Positions 48,572 to 62,635 of a stretch of 64,000 nt of DNA are shown here, piece after piece. A program made the position numbers and the translations under genes. Source of the DNA: Mesotaenium endlicherianum (Eukaryota); the NCBI GenBank assembly GCA_009602735.1, contig WELA01003053.1, forward strand, positions 53,298 through 117,297, written 5' to 3'. Below the pieces are notes generated by a model. The model saw only the letters and a list, made by a program, of their open reading frames with translations, was not told where the DNA came from and ran no database searches. Position 1 is the stretch's first letter. Each line of letters opens with the position of its first letter.

Positions 48572-51500
48572 CTACGACGCCGCAGCGCTCGCCTTCTTCT
48601 TGCAGCCGTACCGGTTGCCCCGCCAGCTCTCCTTCTTCTTGGGCTTCTTAACCACCGGCTCTGCGGGCGGCCTCTCGAACTTGGGGACGACCTGCGTGCC
48701 CTGCGCCAGGCTGCTGCCGTCCCAGCGCCGCAGCAGCGCCATGAAGGCGTCGTGCTGCACGGCCCCCTTGAGGAACTGCATGTTGGGCTGCTCACGCAAG
48801 CAGCCCCAGAGTGCACACACGCCACCCAGTCATGTTGCCGACAACTAATAAATGTGCTTTTTGACACAAAACAGTCCAAGCCCCAGGGAGCACGTTGTGC
48901 AGGGCAAACTTGGATTCTCAGAAGAAGTGCGTTTAGTGGCAGCCAATCAAGTCTTTCAAACAATTGGTGCCTACTACAAAATCCAGGTGTCGCGCTCGAG
49001 CCCACAGTTAGCTGCTGCTAGGTTGGGTGCAAAGGGGATGGGACAACGGGTCGACGTCGGCGCGCGTGTGCCAACGTGTTGACGCGATGTGAAAAAGCAT
49101 GGCAGCCTCGTATGAAGAGGAGAGGCCATCCTGGGCAGCACCGCTGGCCTCCACAATTCACAAAACTATGCTGCTCGTTCATGCTCCTCTCAGAGGTCCT
49201 GCTGAAGGGCACCGTGGCGCACAGCAGCAGCAGTGCCCCATGAGAAGAACGCCTTCCTGGCACCTCCGATCACTTACGGTTGCCCTTTCAAGTTCCGCAA
49301 GAAACAGCGCAGAAGAAGCAAAGGGCAAGGGGCAGCGCTGCCGCCCCGGGCAAGGGAGGGCAGGCAGCAAGCGGGGCAGCGCAAGCGCACGACTCACCCG
49401 CGGCGCCTGCGGCGTGTGGAGGCGGAACTGGCAGCGGTGCGCGTGCAGCAGCTCCAGCTCGTAGCCCGACACCTGTGAGCACAGCAGGAGGCGAGGAGGC
49501 TAAAGTCAGGCCCGGGCGCGAAAGCAAGCACGCCCACGCCCGCACAGAGAGCGCCATTCACTAAACCAAAGGCTGGTTCAACACAGGCCTCCTGCCAGGC
49601 TGGCACGCGATGGACTGTGGCTTCCCCTCTCTCTGGCACGCGCTAACACTGCTGCTGAATGGTACTGTGCGGGGAACAGGTAGCATCTCAGAGAACGGCA
49701 AGGAGATCGTGTGAAATCTTGACGCTTGCTACGGGGTTTGTAGCACTCACCCATGCAAGCACACACGTGTTGTGAAGAGAAGGAGGAGAGGAGAGGGAAG
49801 AAGCACCGATGAGTGAGAGAGATAGATAGAAAAAATGCTTATTGAAGGGCGAAAGGGCATGCTCGCGTTAGGAGGCAGATGTGAGAAAGGAGAGGAAGAG
49901 AGGGAGAGAGAACGCACGGAGGCGAGCATGTGGAGCACGCTCTCCGGGCGCAGGGTGCCGGCGGCGGGGTCGTGCACGCCCGCAAATCTCAGCACCACCA
50001 CGTTCTGCGCGCCCTCCGGGGGCTGCCAGCTGGCCTGCATGACAGCTGGCAGCGGCGCGTCGCCGGCGTATATGCTCAGCTCCAGCAGCTGCTTCCTCAA
50101 ATCCACCACCTGCGGCAGCAGCCCAACAGCAGCAGCAGCAGAGAGGCGAGAGGGCAAGAAGAGCACACACGCCAGGCGGTGACGGTCAATTCAGGTTGTC
50201 AACTCTGGCAGTCAAATCCCAGGTCAACTCGGAAGGCAGATCAACTCTCCCAACTGCGAGACTGAGTGCCGCCGTGTGCCTGGCACCTTGAGGTCTGCTT
50301 ACCGAAGCCAATAGCGGACAGCGCAGGCAGCAGCCGAGGATGCCAGGGCAATTAGTGCATGGGCGACGCCCGACTGCAGGCTGGAGAAACTGCAGCAGAG
50401 GGGGGGGCTGCAGGAATAAGATGGAGAGGCGTGCGTGCGTGAGAGCACCCCTGCCCACCTTGTCGCGTTTGTCGCCCGCCTTGGCCGCCCGGGAGATCTC
50501 AAAGCTCGGCATGTTCATGATTTGCGCCGCCCACTCGCGCCACTGCCGCTCGCTCACTGCCAGTGGCGGCTGCTGCTGCTGCTGCTGCTGCACTTGAGCC
50601 CCTTCTCCCTCTGGCCCTGGCCCTGCCCCCACCTTCGCCTCCTCCTCCGTCTCTATAGGCAGCACCTCCGCCGCGACGACATACTCCGCCGCATAGAGCA
50701 GCTGCAGCCGTGGCAGAGGCAGTGAGACCCCCAGCCAACCAGGCACCCCCCCCACCAGGCAGCGGCCGCAGCATGTCAGTGGGGGGCGCACACTGATGGC
50801 CATCGTCCTTCAATTGTGGGCAACCTCTCCACTCTCCGCAGGTGCTCTTCTAGGATGAGCACGAGCGCAAGCAAGTACCACGACACTCATGCACCTGCTG
50901 ACTCGAGGGGAAAAGGGCATATAGTGAAGAGCTAAAAGAACAAACACGGCAGGAGGACCGTGCGGAGCTAGTGGGAGCGTGGCAAGAGAGTGCGATAGTG
51001 AGAGAGAGGGAGAGGGAAGGGCAAGCGGCTGGCTGTTCCAGCCCACCTGGTTGATGGTCTCGGAGAGGCGGCCGTTGAGGTACTTGACGGGCACCTCGTG
51101 CGCGTCCAGCACCCGCACCTCCGCTGGCAGCTGTCTCCCCCCCCCAGCCCAACACGCACACATAGCACCCACCCACATGTGCACACATGCGCGTGCAGAC
51201 AAGCACATGCACGCGTACCCACACCCACACACACAGCTTGTGAGACCGGGATCCTCCTGGGAGTTGGTGGGAGGCAGCCACCGGCTGGGCCAGCAGACCG
51301 CCAGCTGTACTGCCTACCAAGTCACAGCTGTACGTGCTTCAGCTACGCAGCTGCCAGCTGAACCCAGCAGCCCGAGGGCAACAAGGCAGCCGAAAAGGGT
51401 GGAGCTCTCCACGGGTAAGAGTAACCTTCGTCTTAGAGAATATCACAAGCAGCCCCCACTACTGCCTCTGGATCCTGGAACCGCGGCAGACACAATTGCC

Positions 51501-51970
51501 TCACATGCTTGATCGAAGGAGAAAGAGGCGACGACGGGGCAGCCTGGCCCGGGGGGGGTAGCCAAAACACCCCCCTCGTCAGCCGGCAGACATTGACAAA
51601 GGCTCCCGTACATAGAGAGAGGCGAGAGGGAGCTTGCCCTACAAGAGGAACCAGCCTTCTGGCCATATGATGCGACAGGAGACAACCAAGCAGGCTCTCT
51701 CCTCTCCACACAAGCTACCCTCACCAGCCACCTTCAGTTGTCTGCTTGCCTCAGCTCAGAGGAGGTGCCAGGTGGCAAGGCGGCCCAGGGAGGAAGAAGC
51801 AAGGCGGGCACGCACCTGGTTTTGCAGCTTGCGACGGAAGACGTCCACGGGCATTCTCTCCGTGAGGTCTATGTCCACCAGCTGCCCGTTGCTTCCCCAC
51901 CCCCCCAACGCGCGCGGGCACGCACACACACACACACATACACACACACGCACACATACACACACACACG

Positions 51971-52035
<65 letters not shown>

Positions 52036-55000
52036 GGGCGCACGCGCACACACAAAAGTTCAGTCACATACACACGCTTGCTGAACCTCTTTTTTGCTAC
52101 AGTACATGTTTGTCCTCACATTGTCTTTAAATCCTCAAAGAATCACAAGCAGAGACGCTTATTCTGGTTGAAGATACCAACAATGGTTGCCAAGTAACAA
52201 GCACACCGCGTGAGCCAGTCAGCGCGACCCAGACGCAAGCGAAAGAGCGTCACCTTTCGCAACCCACCAGTGCCTGCAAGCATGCAAAGCGATGAGACAC
52301 GCGCGTCTGCCACAAGCAGGGGCCCACTTCTACCTTGTACGTTACTCCACACACGCACACACATGCACGCACACGCACATGCACACAGAGACGCGCGCGC
52401 TCGTGGGCTGCGAGGGGGCGCACACCCACCTCACTGGAGCTGCTGTAGCCCAGGGGCAGCGGCGGGGCTGTCGAGATCCGCGGCATCGAGTGGAACCTGC
52501 TCACGCGCGCCCACCCCCCATTCCCCACCCCTCAACGAGTGCCGTCAGAAGAAGAGCCGGAGAGATGCCAACGGCGTTGGCATGGCAAAAGCCTGAAGGG
52601 AAAGATGCGTTGACCTCTCTCTTTCACCCTCTCTATGTTGGGCAAGCATACGTGAGAGGGAGCAAGGAAGAGGGGGGGAGCTCAGCAGAGAGAGAGGGAC
52701 AGAGGCATATAACAGCTCAAAAAGTTACGCAGCACCCACCGGAACAATGATGAAATATTGGATGTGAGGCTTTGCGTGAATTTGGGCGGACTGGAGGCGT
52801 GGCAGTCACACGTGGAACAGACAGAGGCCAAAGTGAAAACCGAAACCGGATCTGAGGCCGGCGCCGGAGCTGGCGCCGGGGCTGGAGTGTCAAAAGAGCC
52901 TAGGGACAACACAGCAGGGGGGAGAATTCAGAAAGGTAGGTAGCTAGGTGTGGAGTGAAAGAGATGGGGTGCACAGGACCAGCAGCAGCAGCAGCAGCAG
53001 GAGGGGGGAGGTGAGAAGGGCGAGGGGGTGAGGGAGTGAGGGGGGAGGGGGGCACACCCGCCGTCGAAGCTGACGGGGACGGCGGCGCGGCGCAGCGCGC
53101 GCGTGAGCAGGCGCACCACGTCCAGGTGCCCGATCAGCACCATGCTGCCCTGCTTTGAGTACCGCACTCGTATTTTCTGCACCACGTGCACGCCCACAAT
53201 CCCACCCGCACGCGCACACCCACCCACCCACTCGTGCACACACGAGTATATGTGCTCGCGGTTGTCAATCACCTTGCATTTTCTCTCTGTCCTTCCCTCC
53301 CCTTTGCTCGCCCAAGAGGGAGACAGCTGTTCATGCAGCCTGGGGTCCACAACGAGCAGGCGGAGGAGGATACTCAATCAATGTGTTGGATGCTTTGGCA
53401 GATTCAAATGCGACTGTTGCAGCACAGCAAGTGAGACAGGCAGGGCCAACGCTCCCTGAGCGACTGACTTCCTACAGAAGCAGCAGCACTTCGTGCCTGC
53501 CTCTCAATTGTCCTGAATTGTCCCACAGAGAAGGACAGACAAGCGAGGCCTTTTGTGGGAGGCATGCGTGGTGGAGGAGGCAGGAGAGGGCGGCACCTGT
53601 TCCCTGCGCATGTCGGGACTGAAGTGGCCCTCGAAGGGCGGCACCTCCGGGATCTCCGCCACCACTGCTTCCCCCCGCCCCCCCTTCCCCACCACAGCCA
53701 CACCCCCACCCCCACCGCCACACCACCCCCATCCCCACCCAGGCCCCCATGAATGCGGCCCTCAAGCACCCCAGTCGGCTATGTGCCCTCTCAGGCACAT
53801 TGCACTCCTCCTGCGTGCTCGTTCAACTTAACGTCACATGCAAAGACCCAAACAGACGCACGCACGCGCGAGCGCGCACATGTACACTGGCCGCAGCCCG
53901 TGGGCACCGATGACACTGGCTCTGCTCTTTTCCCTGCATCCGCACGAGTGCCTCGTGCGCTTGGCCGAACCAGAAAGGACTCAGGCGCAAGCGTGAGAGC
54001 GCCGGAGAAAGCTTCCACGTCTCGTCTCCGCTCCTCCTGGCGGTGGCCTGTCTGTCAGCTTGCTTGGGCAGGACAAGGAAGGAGAGGAAAGAAGGAAGGG
54101 CACAGAGAGAGCCGTGCAGGCGGGAAAGGCAGGACAGGCACAGCCCTCCCCCATGGCCCCCCAGAGCTGCCGGGCATTGGAACTACTTACGTGCGTTTTA
54201 CTCAGCCCAAAGCCCTTCTGCAGGGAGAGCGTGGGTGCCACAACAAGCTGCCAAGCCACCCAACAGGTTCACCAGAGGAGGGTGGTGAAGGGCGGGGTGG
54301 GGGGTGGGGGGTGGGGGTGGGGCTCAGGAGGAGGGAAGGAGGAAGAGGACAAGGGATGCGTACCGTTGTCACCGAAGTCGTCGCCGCACACGCCGCACTT
54401 GGAGCACACCCCGCTGCTCCCGCCGCCCCCATGCACCCCCGCAACCCCAACAACAGTCAGCACCAGAAGGGACACACATGCCCACGCCTCAGTCCTGCTG
54501 GCATGTTGCTGCGCATCTACCTGCTCGCCCCCCCTAGCAACCCGCTGCGCGCCGGCTAAAGTGGCAGCAGCGACACCCACAGACACACACACACACACAC
54601 ACACTTTCACGTGTGCGTGCTTGTGTGCCCCAAGGAATCTGATTCGAATTTGAATTCACAACTCTTGTGCATGTGAATGCCCGCAGGGCGAGTTGATGGT
54701 GCGCGCAACAAGGCGAGAAAAACAAGGAGCAGAGCAAGAGAAGAAGGGCAGAGGGCCCCCATGCAAGGCAGGCAAAGGGGGGCAGAGGGGCAGAGGGGCA
54801 GAGGCGCACGTGCACACCTGTGGGAGCAGTCGGGCACCGTGGACGCCTCCAGCGCGCGCTGCAGGTCCGCCTTGAGCCACCACTTGGCGATGCCCGTCTG
54901 CATCCCCCCCCCCCCCCTCCAACTCTACTCGTGTGTCAGCACTGCGTCTTGCCCCTGCCCCTGCTTCTCTTGCTGCCGGTACTGCTGCTCCTCTCCTACT

Positions 55001-58000
55001 CTACTCGCAGTGGTGCCCCTCGGCTGGCTGGGGCTTCAGGCTCGTCGCGGAAGTCAGCAGCAGGTGAGGGGAGGGCGAGGGCACAGAGTGAGTGGGTAGG
55101 GCAGGGAGCGCAGGCTACGCTTGAGCATGAGGCGCGGATGCGGCGGAAGCGGAAACTGAGGTGGGGACGAGAGAGGACCGGCTATAGGGGTTGTTGGAAG
55201 GGGGGTGCTGGATGGGCCCAGCAGAGACCAGCGGGTGCGCAGAACTGACTCGAACAAGAGCAAGAATGAGAGGGGCAGGGAGTGTGGGAGGGGAAATTGG
55301 GGAGAGAGAAGATGGGAGAGCCTGACGAGGGCAGGGAGGAGGCGGAAGGGAAAGAAAGGCCCAGGAGGGAGAGGGGGGGGGGAGGGGGTTTGCGGCTACG
55401 CCCCAAGACAGAGATGCTTCGAGAGGAGTTCAGGGAAGAGAGCTCAGCACAGATTAGCGAATGGAAACAAGATGCAGACAGGGACCTGGAGTCTTGAAGA
55501 GAGCCCTGGGAGGGGAGAGCTTCAACGAAAGGGAAGGTTAGGAGAGAGGGGAGAGGAGGGGAGTGGAGGGCGGAGATGGGGGGGGCCGAGGGGAAGGGAT
55601 AAGAAGGGAGAGGAGGGAAACGCACGTCCACGATGTCCCAGGGGAGTGGGGCATCCAAGCGGGCGTCTGCCAGCGGGCCGCGGTCGATGCGGCCCTTGCC
55701 GCCCGCGCCCTGCCCCCGGAATCGCGCGTCGCCCAAGTGCTCCATGACGTCCCACTCCCCCACCACCACCTGTCGCCGCCACAGCGTAGCACAACGCACG
55801 CGCTCTCTCTCCCCACACACCACGTCAGCAAGGCAGTGGCAGCCCAGGTGTCCGTCGCTGAGCTCATGAGCTTCACCAGCTGTCGCATGCTCAAGCCCCG
55901 CACACACACTCACACACGCACACGCACACACACATGCACATACACGCCCACGCACTCAGAGAGCTGGCACGGCACATTGAACAGGGGTGCCAGGTGTCCA
56001 GGCGGGGTGCGCTGAGCGGTCAATCTGCACTCCAGCCATGCACACAAGCGTACTCAGATAGCAAACACCACCACGGCGGTGCTTGCCAGGTGTCGGGCGC
56101 AGGTGATGGGGCTGACCTGGCGGTACTTCCAGCCAAGGCCCACCTCCTCGATGGCCTGGGACCACTTCTCAAAGCACGTGTCTGTGCTGCCCCACCTGTC
56201 ATGCCAGCCCCCAAGCACCCGCCATGTGGCACGTGCACTCTCCATTGCCATGATCAGCTTTCTAGGCAGCTCCTCCAAAGCCCCGAAAGCACGTGCCTGT
56301 CCTGTGCAGGATGTCGACCTCCCAGAGGCCGCCACATGGCACGCAGGCTCACAAGCTCACAAGCTCACACATGGCACTGCACGGCTCCCACATGTTTGAA
56401 TACGCACGACTCTTGAGGGAACAGAGAGTATTGTATGAGATCCTGAGAGCATGCGCGCTGGGCGAGGGGGGGCCTGGAAACGGTGGGATGGGATGGCATG
56501 GCAAGGCGTGTGAGGGATGGGTGAGCGCAGGCCCTGGGCCGTCGTTCCAGCACGCAGTCAAAGGGGCCTCTCACAATGCTATAGTTCCAATCCATCTCCG
56601 GCAGGTACCAGCACCTGCATTAGCAGGGCTAGCTGAGGGAGAAAGAGGAACAGAGAGAGAAAGGGCCGGGCCAAGGAGGGTACCAGGCATCGTTGGTGGC
56701 GCCGAGCTCCCACGCGCGCCGGATCACTTTCCCGATCGTGCGGTCCCCCCGCCCTATGAAGTCCTCCATGGCCGAGATCTGCCAATCGAGAAACCAAAAG
56801 AGCAGGCAACAGCAGATTGCAGGTGGCGGGCGCGTGAAGGCTAGCAACGGCCACAGAGAGACAGAGAGAGAGAAGCAGGGGGAAGAGGGAGATGCACGAT
56901 GTGTAGAAATCACGACATAGACACATGCATATTTACTTACATTTATGTATGAGTTGACATCTTGCCTGTTACAAGCATATCGATGAATACTTGCACCAGA
57001 TTCGAGTGCGCCTGGTGCCGGCCCAAGCACGCCGGCACACTCAGTCCACATGCTCTGCCTGCCTGTCTGCCGTCCCGTCCGTCTGCCTGTCCGCTGCACT
57101 GTTCTGATGCACCTACTGTCTGCTGCTGCTGCCAGGACGGCAGCAGGCGGGTGACGCCCTTCCTCTGGCTCGTGGGAGTGCAGGTGCGTGGCGGTGAGCA
57201 AGCCAGCTAGCAAATGGTTGTCTGTGATTGAGTGACTGAATGCATGCTGATGCTGTGATTGCCAGCATTCCTCCTAACAGGGCTGGTGTGCCAATGGCAC
57301 GGCACGCGTAGAGCTGAGTTGAAGTGCAAGACCGAGCTTTGCCCCTGGCGTGCGAGAGGGTGTCTCGAGCTAGCCACACCCAGTGCCTTGCTCTCGCTGC
57401 CGTCTCCCAGAGGGAGCTTTGGTGGCGTTGGTGGCAGAGGAGCCGGTTGCAGAACATGAGGTTCAAAAGTGAAACTACTGAAAGCCCAAGGTGGGTGTGA
57501 AGGAGCGAGAGGAAAAGCAGAAGGGTGGGAAGAGAGAAGAGAGAGAGAAAGACGGAATAAAGAGGAGAGGAGACACGATGAGAGCGGAGGGACAGATAAA
57601 GGGCAAGGGAGAGGAGGGGGGAGGAGAGAAGGGAGGAGAGAGAGGAAGAAGTAGTAAGGCAGGGGAAACGAGAAGAGGAAAAAAGGAAGACGGCGAGACA
57701 CAGGCGAGAGGGAAGAGGGCGAGGAGGAAGGTGAGGAGAGGGGGGGGAAGGCAGACGCACGCGGACGTCGCTGAAGTTGTACTTGATGTCCGTCATGCGC
57801 ACAAACTCGCGCTTGAGCAGCTTCTGCTTGCGCTCAAACTCCGCCGTCGACACCGTGTGCCTGCCGCCCGCCCGCCCACCAGTGCACCACACAGAATCCT
57901 TAGGAAGGGAAGTTTGCCGCAACACATAAAGTGAGAAGCCTCTATCTGCGCGGGCAGGAGAAGCACCTTCTCAATGTGGTCCGAGAGAAAGACAATAATG

Positions 58001-61000
58001 CATGTGGGAGTTGCACGTGTGCGCAAGCGTGCACACATGCACACACATGCACGATATGCATACATACAGGGCACGCACACACGCACACAAGCGTGTGCCC
58101 AAACTCACACAAAAACAAACACACATAGACATACACTCACACACACACACACACACACACACATACATGCAAGACACAAACACACAGGCATGAGCTGGCG
58201 GCACACTCCTGCACCTGCGTCTGCCGGGCCAACGAGTGCTCCCTCCCACACAAGAGGACACCAAATGCAACCAGATTGTACACAGCAGAAAGACGATCGC
58301 AACAAACGAGTACGGCACGTCAAGCTGACTTGCAAGCGCCCTTGCAACATTTGTGTGTGGCGGGCACATTGTCCCCACAGCTCTTGGGGGAGAAGGTGAG
58401 GAAGGAGCCTGAGGAGGAAAGAGCACGGGGGACAAGGTGAGGGAGGTGAGAGGAGCGCATGCAGAGGAGAGGCGGTGAGGAGGGGGGGNCGTGTGGGGCT
58501 TGGGCGTGAAGTTGGAGATGGTCAGGCGCACCCCCAGCCTCTGCTTCCCGCGCCGGCACTCATTTTGCAGCCACTGTGGCCACTCATCCCCACACGCAAA
58601 TGCACACGCACACACACACGCATACGCACACACACACACACATGCACACAGGCGCAAGAAGGGAGGCAAGAAAGGGGAGGAAGGGGGGGGTGTGAGGGGG
58701 GAATCAAGGCAGCAGCTGCAGCTGCAGCTCCAGCAGCAGCGGCTGGTCGCTGAAGATCGAGAGGCCAAAAGAGGGGGCATTGAAGTGGTCGCTGACTATT
58801 GAGGGGCTATAAGACGAGTGAACGTGTGCCGTGAGCTAGTTCTGCGTGAGCTGCTGCATTTAGGGAGGGCGTGACGGGGGAAGGACTGCGAGAGTGGTCA
58901 ACAGGGCAGTAGTGCAACGTGGGCTGTAGCCAGCTCCAGCCATCACGAGTCACGCACACGCAGGGGGGGGCTTGCAAGTTAAAACACACGCGGGGGCAGG
59001 GGCGGGCTGCCACGTGGCGCGTACCCGGATGGTGTCGGCGATGCCCAGCACGTCCTCGTCCAGCTCGCCCGGCAGCCCGATCATGAAGTAGAGCTTGACC
59101 TGGCGCCACCCCTTGTCCCACGCCGTCTTCACGCCTCTCAGGAGCTCCTCGTTCGTCAGCCCCTGCCACCTCGCCCCCCTCGTGCGTCAGCCCCTCCGAG
59201 CTGAATGGGGAGCTGAACGGGAACACTTGGGCTCGATGCGCTCAGTGATGTGAAGGAAGGCAGCAAGCAGAGGCGCAGCGGGGAAGGTAGCCAGGAGGCG
59301 CGCGTCTGACCTTGTTAATGATGTCGCGTAGGCGTTGCGTGCCCGCCTCCGGTGCAAACGTCAGCGACCCCTGCACGCACACACATCCCTAGCAGAGCCC
59401 ACCTTCAGCCAGCCAGCCAGCCTGGCAGCCGCCCATGCGGCCTATACTGTGCCGGCCTGCATGCCTGCCTGCGTGCAACACTGCCCTCCATCCGTTGCGC
59501 ATGCACGCCACCTGCTGCCCTGTCATCGGCGGCTCAGCAGTTGCTCGAGCGGAGGCCTCAGGAGATCCATGCGGGGACAGGTTCATGATGACCAAGGCTT
59601 GCCACATGTCGCCCTCACACGCCAAGCTCTGCATGCTGAAAACACCCGCGGGAGATGAGAATATCCAGCTGCTGTCGAAGATTATTTCGAGGCACTTTAC
59701 AAATTACTAAAAGTAGGCGCTGGCTTGTCGCAGCCACAAGGAGCTCAGCGCAAAGCCTGCCCCATCCCCCCCCCTTTCCGCACTATCCTCCCTCATTCTC
59801 TGCGGGGGGCTTGCAAGAGACTCAAATGCGCAGCTTTGGGTGAGTGAGGTCATCATCGAGCCAAGAGACAGCAGCCCCGGGTGGGAGGTGCTCCCCCTGC
59901 ATGGACAAAAGACAAGATGCGGGAAGGACAATATTCGAGTATGCACGCACATTCTGGCACCTTCCCCCCCCCTGCTCCGTCTTTTAAGATGGAACGGCTG
60001 CTGAGGGGGCAAAGGGGGTATGACGAAGGGGCATGCGGGAAGTATCCATGGACTGGTCCACATGGCGCCGCTGACTGATCCCCTCAACTATACTCTATCA
60101 GAGCGTCCCGCTAGCGAAGCTCTGTGCACAAGGGAGAGGGAGAGAGAACAAGAAATGAGAGGGAGCAGAGGGAGCGAGGGGAGGGAGAGGGAGGAGAGAG
60201 AGAGGGAGAGGGAAAGGGAGGGGGAGGGGGAGCAAGAGGGGGAGGGGAGCAGAGACTGCAATGGGAGGAAGAAAAAAAAGCGGGGGAGAGTACAAGTCAG
60301 GGGGGGAGGCAAAAGAGAGGCAGGGTGTCAGAAGAGGGAGAGGAAATGAAACAGAAGTAAAGAGGTATTCGGAGGAGAGGAAAGGGGAGAGAGAGCGGGA
60401 GACGAGGGGGACAAGGAGGGGTCAGAGAAGAGGGAGGGGGAGGGGTCGACAGGAGGGGGGACGGCAAGGGGGAGGGAGCTCAAGCACGACGTGCCTGGCG
60501 GGTGCCCCCGATGATGTTGGCGATGTCGTCGTCGAAGCGGTCCACGCGCTGGCTGGGCAGCGACAGCGAGATGGGCTCGTCCTTCAGCCGGTTCTTTATC
60601 TGCTACCCTCCCTCTCCCTCCCTCGCTCCCTCACTAGTGAGCACGGGGCCCTTCCCCTCCCACACTTGCTGCTGGCTTGCAGGAAAGGCCAGCCTCCACC
60701 TGGCGCACTACTGTCTTCTAGACATCCTTACTGACATGCTTATTGTATTCAAAGGCTTGAATAGTTAATATAGAAGGTGCATGAGGCACTCCCCAACTTC
60801 CGCAACTACAGTCGTGCATAAAATGTTGAGCTCGCGTCTGGGGTCAGGTTTTGGTCGGAGTTTTGGGTTTACCACCGGGCTCTTGGAGCAAGGCGCCAGG
60901 CACGCACAGAGGAGGTTGAAGAGAACGTGCAGATCACACAGCAAGCGGCTGTTGATAGAAAGGCATGTCCTTTGTTTGGTGCCAATTGCTCCGACAGCAG

Positions 61001-61142
61001 GAGCAGCTGTGGACTACTACTGCCAGGAGGCGAGAGGGGAGGAGGTGGGGAAGAGGGGCATGCCTGGATGCCGACAGCTGGCAGGGCGAGGTAGTCCGAG
61101 CAGCTGAGAGAGAGCAGCGAGAACTCGTTGTAGCCCGTCTTG
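48572..61142 (-). CDS. Multi-exon radical SAM protein of the cyanobacterial TIGR03960 type fused to a TIGR03936/DUF2344 domain; 5' exons missing from the window or assembly
   Basis: Exons [25 protein letters not shown] (61142-61064), [23 protein letters not shown] (60599-60495), [88 protein letters not shown]...GHLD...[20 protein letters not shown]...LPLG, LRPE; TAG at 48574-48572. Confidence 0.88.
51919..52055. repeat. Long (CA)n microsatellite in an intron
   Basis: Seen directly. Confidence 0.92.
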
Positions 61143-61802
61143 CTGCCCCGCCCGATCAACACACCACCCCAGACAGGCACGCGCAGGCGAACCACAGGTT
61201 GTCACCTATCAGCAGCTGGAGGTGAAAATACCACGGGGGTGGAGCATTGCACTGCAAGAGGCACTGCTTGTCAAGCGGCAGCCGCGCGAGCGCTGGTGGC
61301 ACTGCCGCGACATGCCACATGGCGGAGGAGCGCCGCGACAGCAATTTCTGCAGCAGCTGGGAAGTTCGCTGACGCATGACAAAGAAGCACACAGCGATGC
61401 TCTTGTCTGAGAAAGACGCATGCACAATCAACACAGACGTACAATGCTGGCTGGAAAAAACGGAGAGGCATTTCAAGCACAAGGACGCCACATGCCTGTC
61501 AACCTTGTGAGGGCCCTCCAGGTGTCGCTCAGCCATTCACCAGGAGCCAGTCAGAGAAGCTGGGTGACGTTGCTCCAGATGCAAACGCCGCACTCCAAAC
61601 ACAAGACTGCCCCTCCCTCTAATGTTATGTCACCTACTCTGGCCTTTGTGGAGAGACGGGGAGAGAGAGGGACAGGCGCAAAGAGAGAGAGAAAGAAAAG
61701 GAAGGGGGCAAGGCAGAAGGGGGGGGTGAGGTGGGGAGGGGAGGCAAATGGAGCGTGGATAATAGTGTGTGTGCGTGTTGTGTGTGGGCGATGGGTGGGT
61801 TG

Positions 61803-62596
61803 NNNNNNNNNNNNNNNNNNNNNNNNNNNNNNNNNNNNNNNNNNNNNNNNNNNNNNNNNNNNNNNNNNNNNNNNNNNNNNNNNNNNNNNNNNNNNNNNNN
61901 NNNNNNNNNNNNNNNNNNNNNNNNNNNNNNNNNNNNNNNNNNNNNNNNNNNNNNNNNNNNNNNNNNNNNNNNNNNNNNNNNNNNNNNNNNNNNNNNNNNN
62001 NNNNNNNNNNNNNNNNNNNNNNNNNNNNNNNNNNNNNNNNNNNNNNNNNNNNNNNNNNNNNNNNNNNNNNNNNNNNNNNNNNNNNNNNNNNNNNNNNNNN
62101 NNNNNNNNNNNNNNNNNNNNNNNNNNNNNNNNNNNNNNNNNNNNNNNNNNNNNNNNNNNNNNNNNNNNNNNNNNNNNNNNNNNNNNNNNNNNNNNNNNNN
62201 NNNNNNNNNNNNNNNNNNNNNNNNNNNNNNNNNNNNNNNNNNNNNNNNNNNNNNNNNNNNNNNNNNNNNNNNNNNNNNNNNNNNNNNNNNNNNNNNNNNN
62301 NNNNNNNNNNNNNNNNNNNNNNNNNNNNNNNNNNNNNNNNNNNNNNNNNNNNNNNNNNNNNNNNNNNNNNNNNNNNNNNNNNNNNNNNNNNNNNNNNNNN
62401 NNNNNNNNNNNNNNNNNNNNNNNNNNNNNNNNNNNNNNNNNNNNNNNNNNNNNNNNNNNNNNNNNNNNNNNNNNNNNNNNNNNNNNNNNNNNNNNNNNNN
62501 NNNNNNNNNNNNNNNNNNNNNNNNNNNNNNNNNNNNNNNNNNNNNNNNNNNNNNNNNNNNNNNNNNNNNNNNNNNNNNNNNNNNNNNNNNNNNNNN
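61803..62596. other. Assembly gap (N)
   Basis: N run with G-rich flanks. Confidence 0.99.
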
Positions 62597-62635
62597 GGGG
62601 GGGGCAGGAGGGAGGGAGGGGTACCACTGGAAGGG

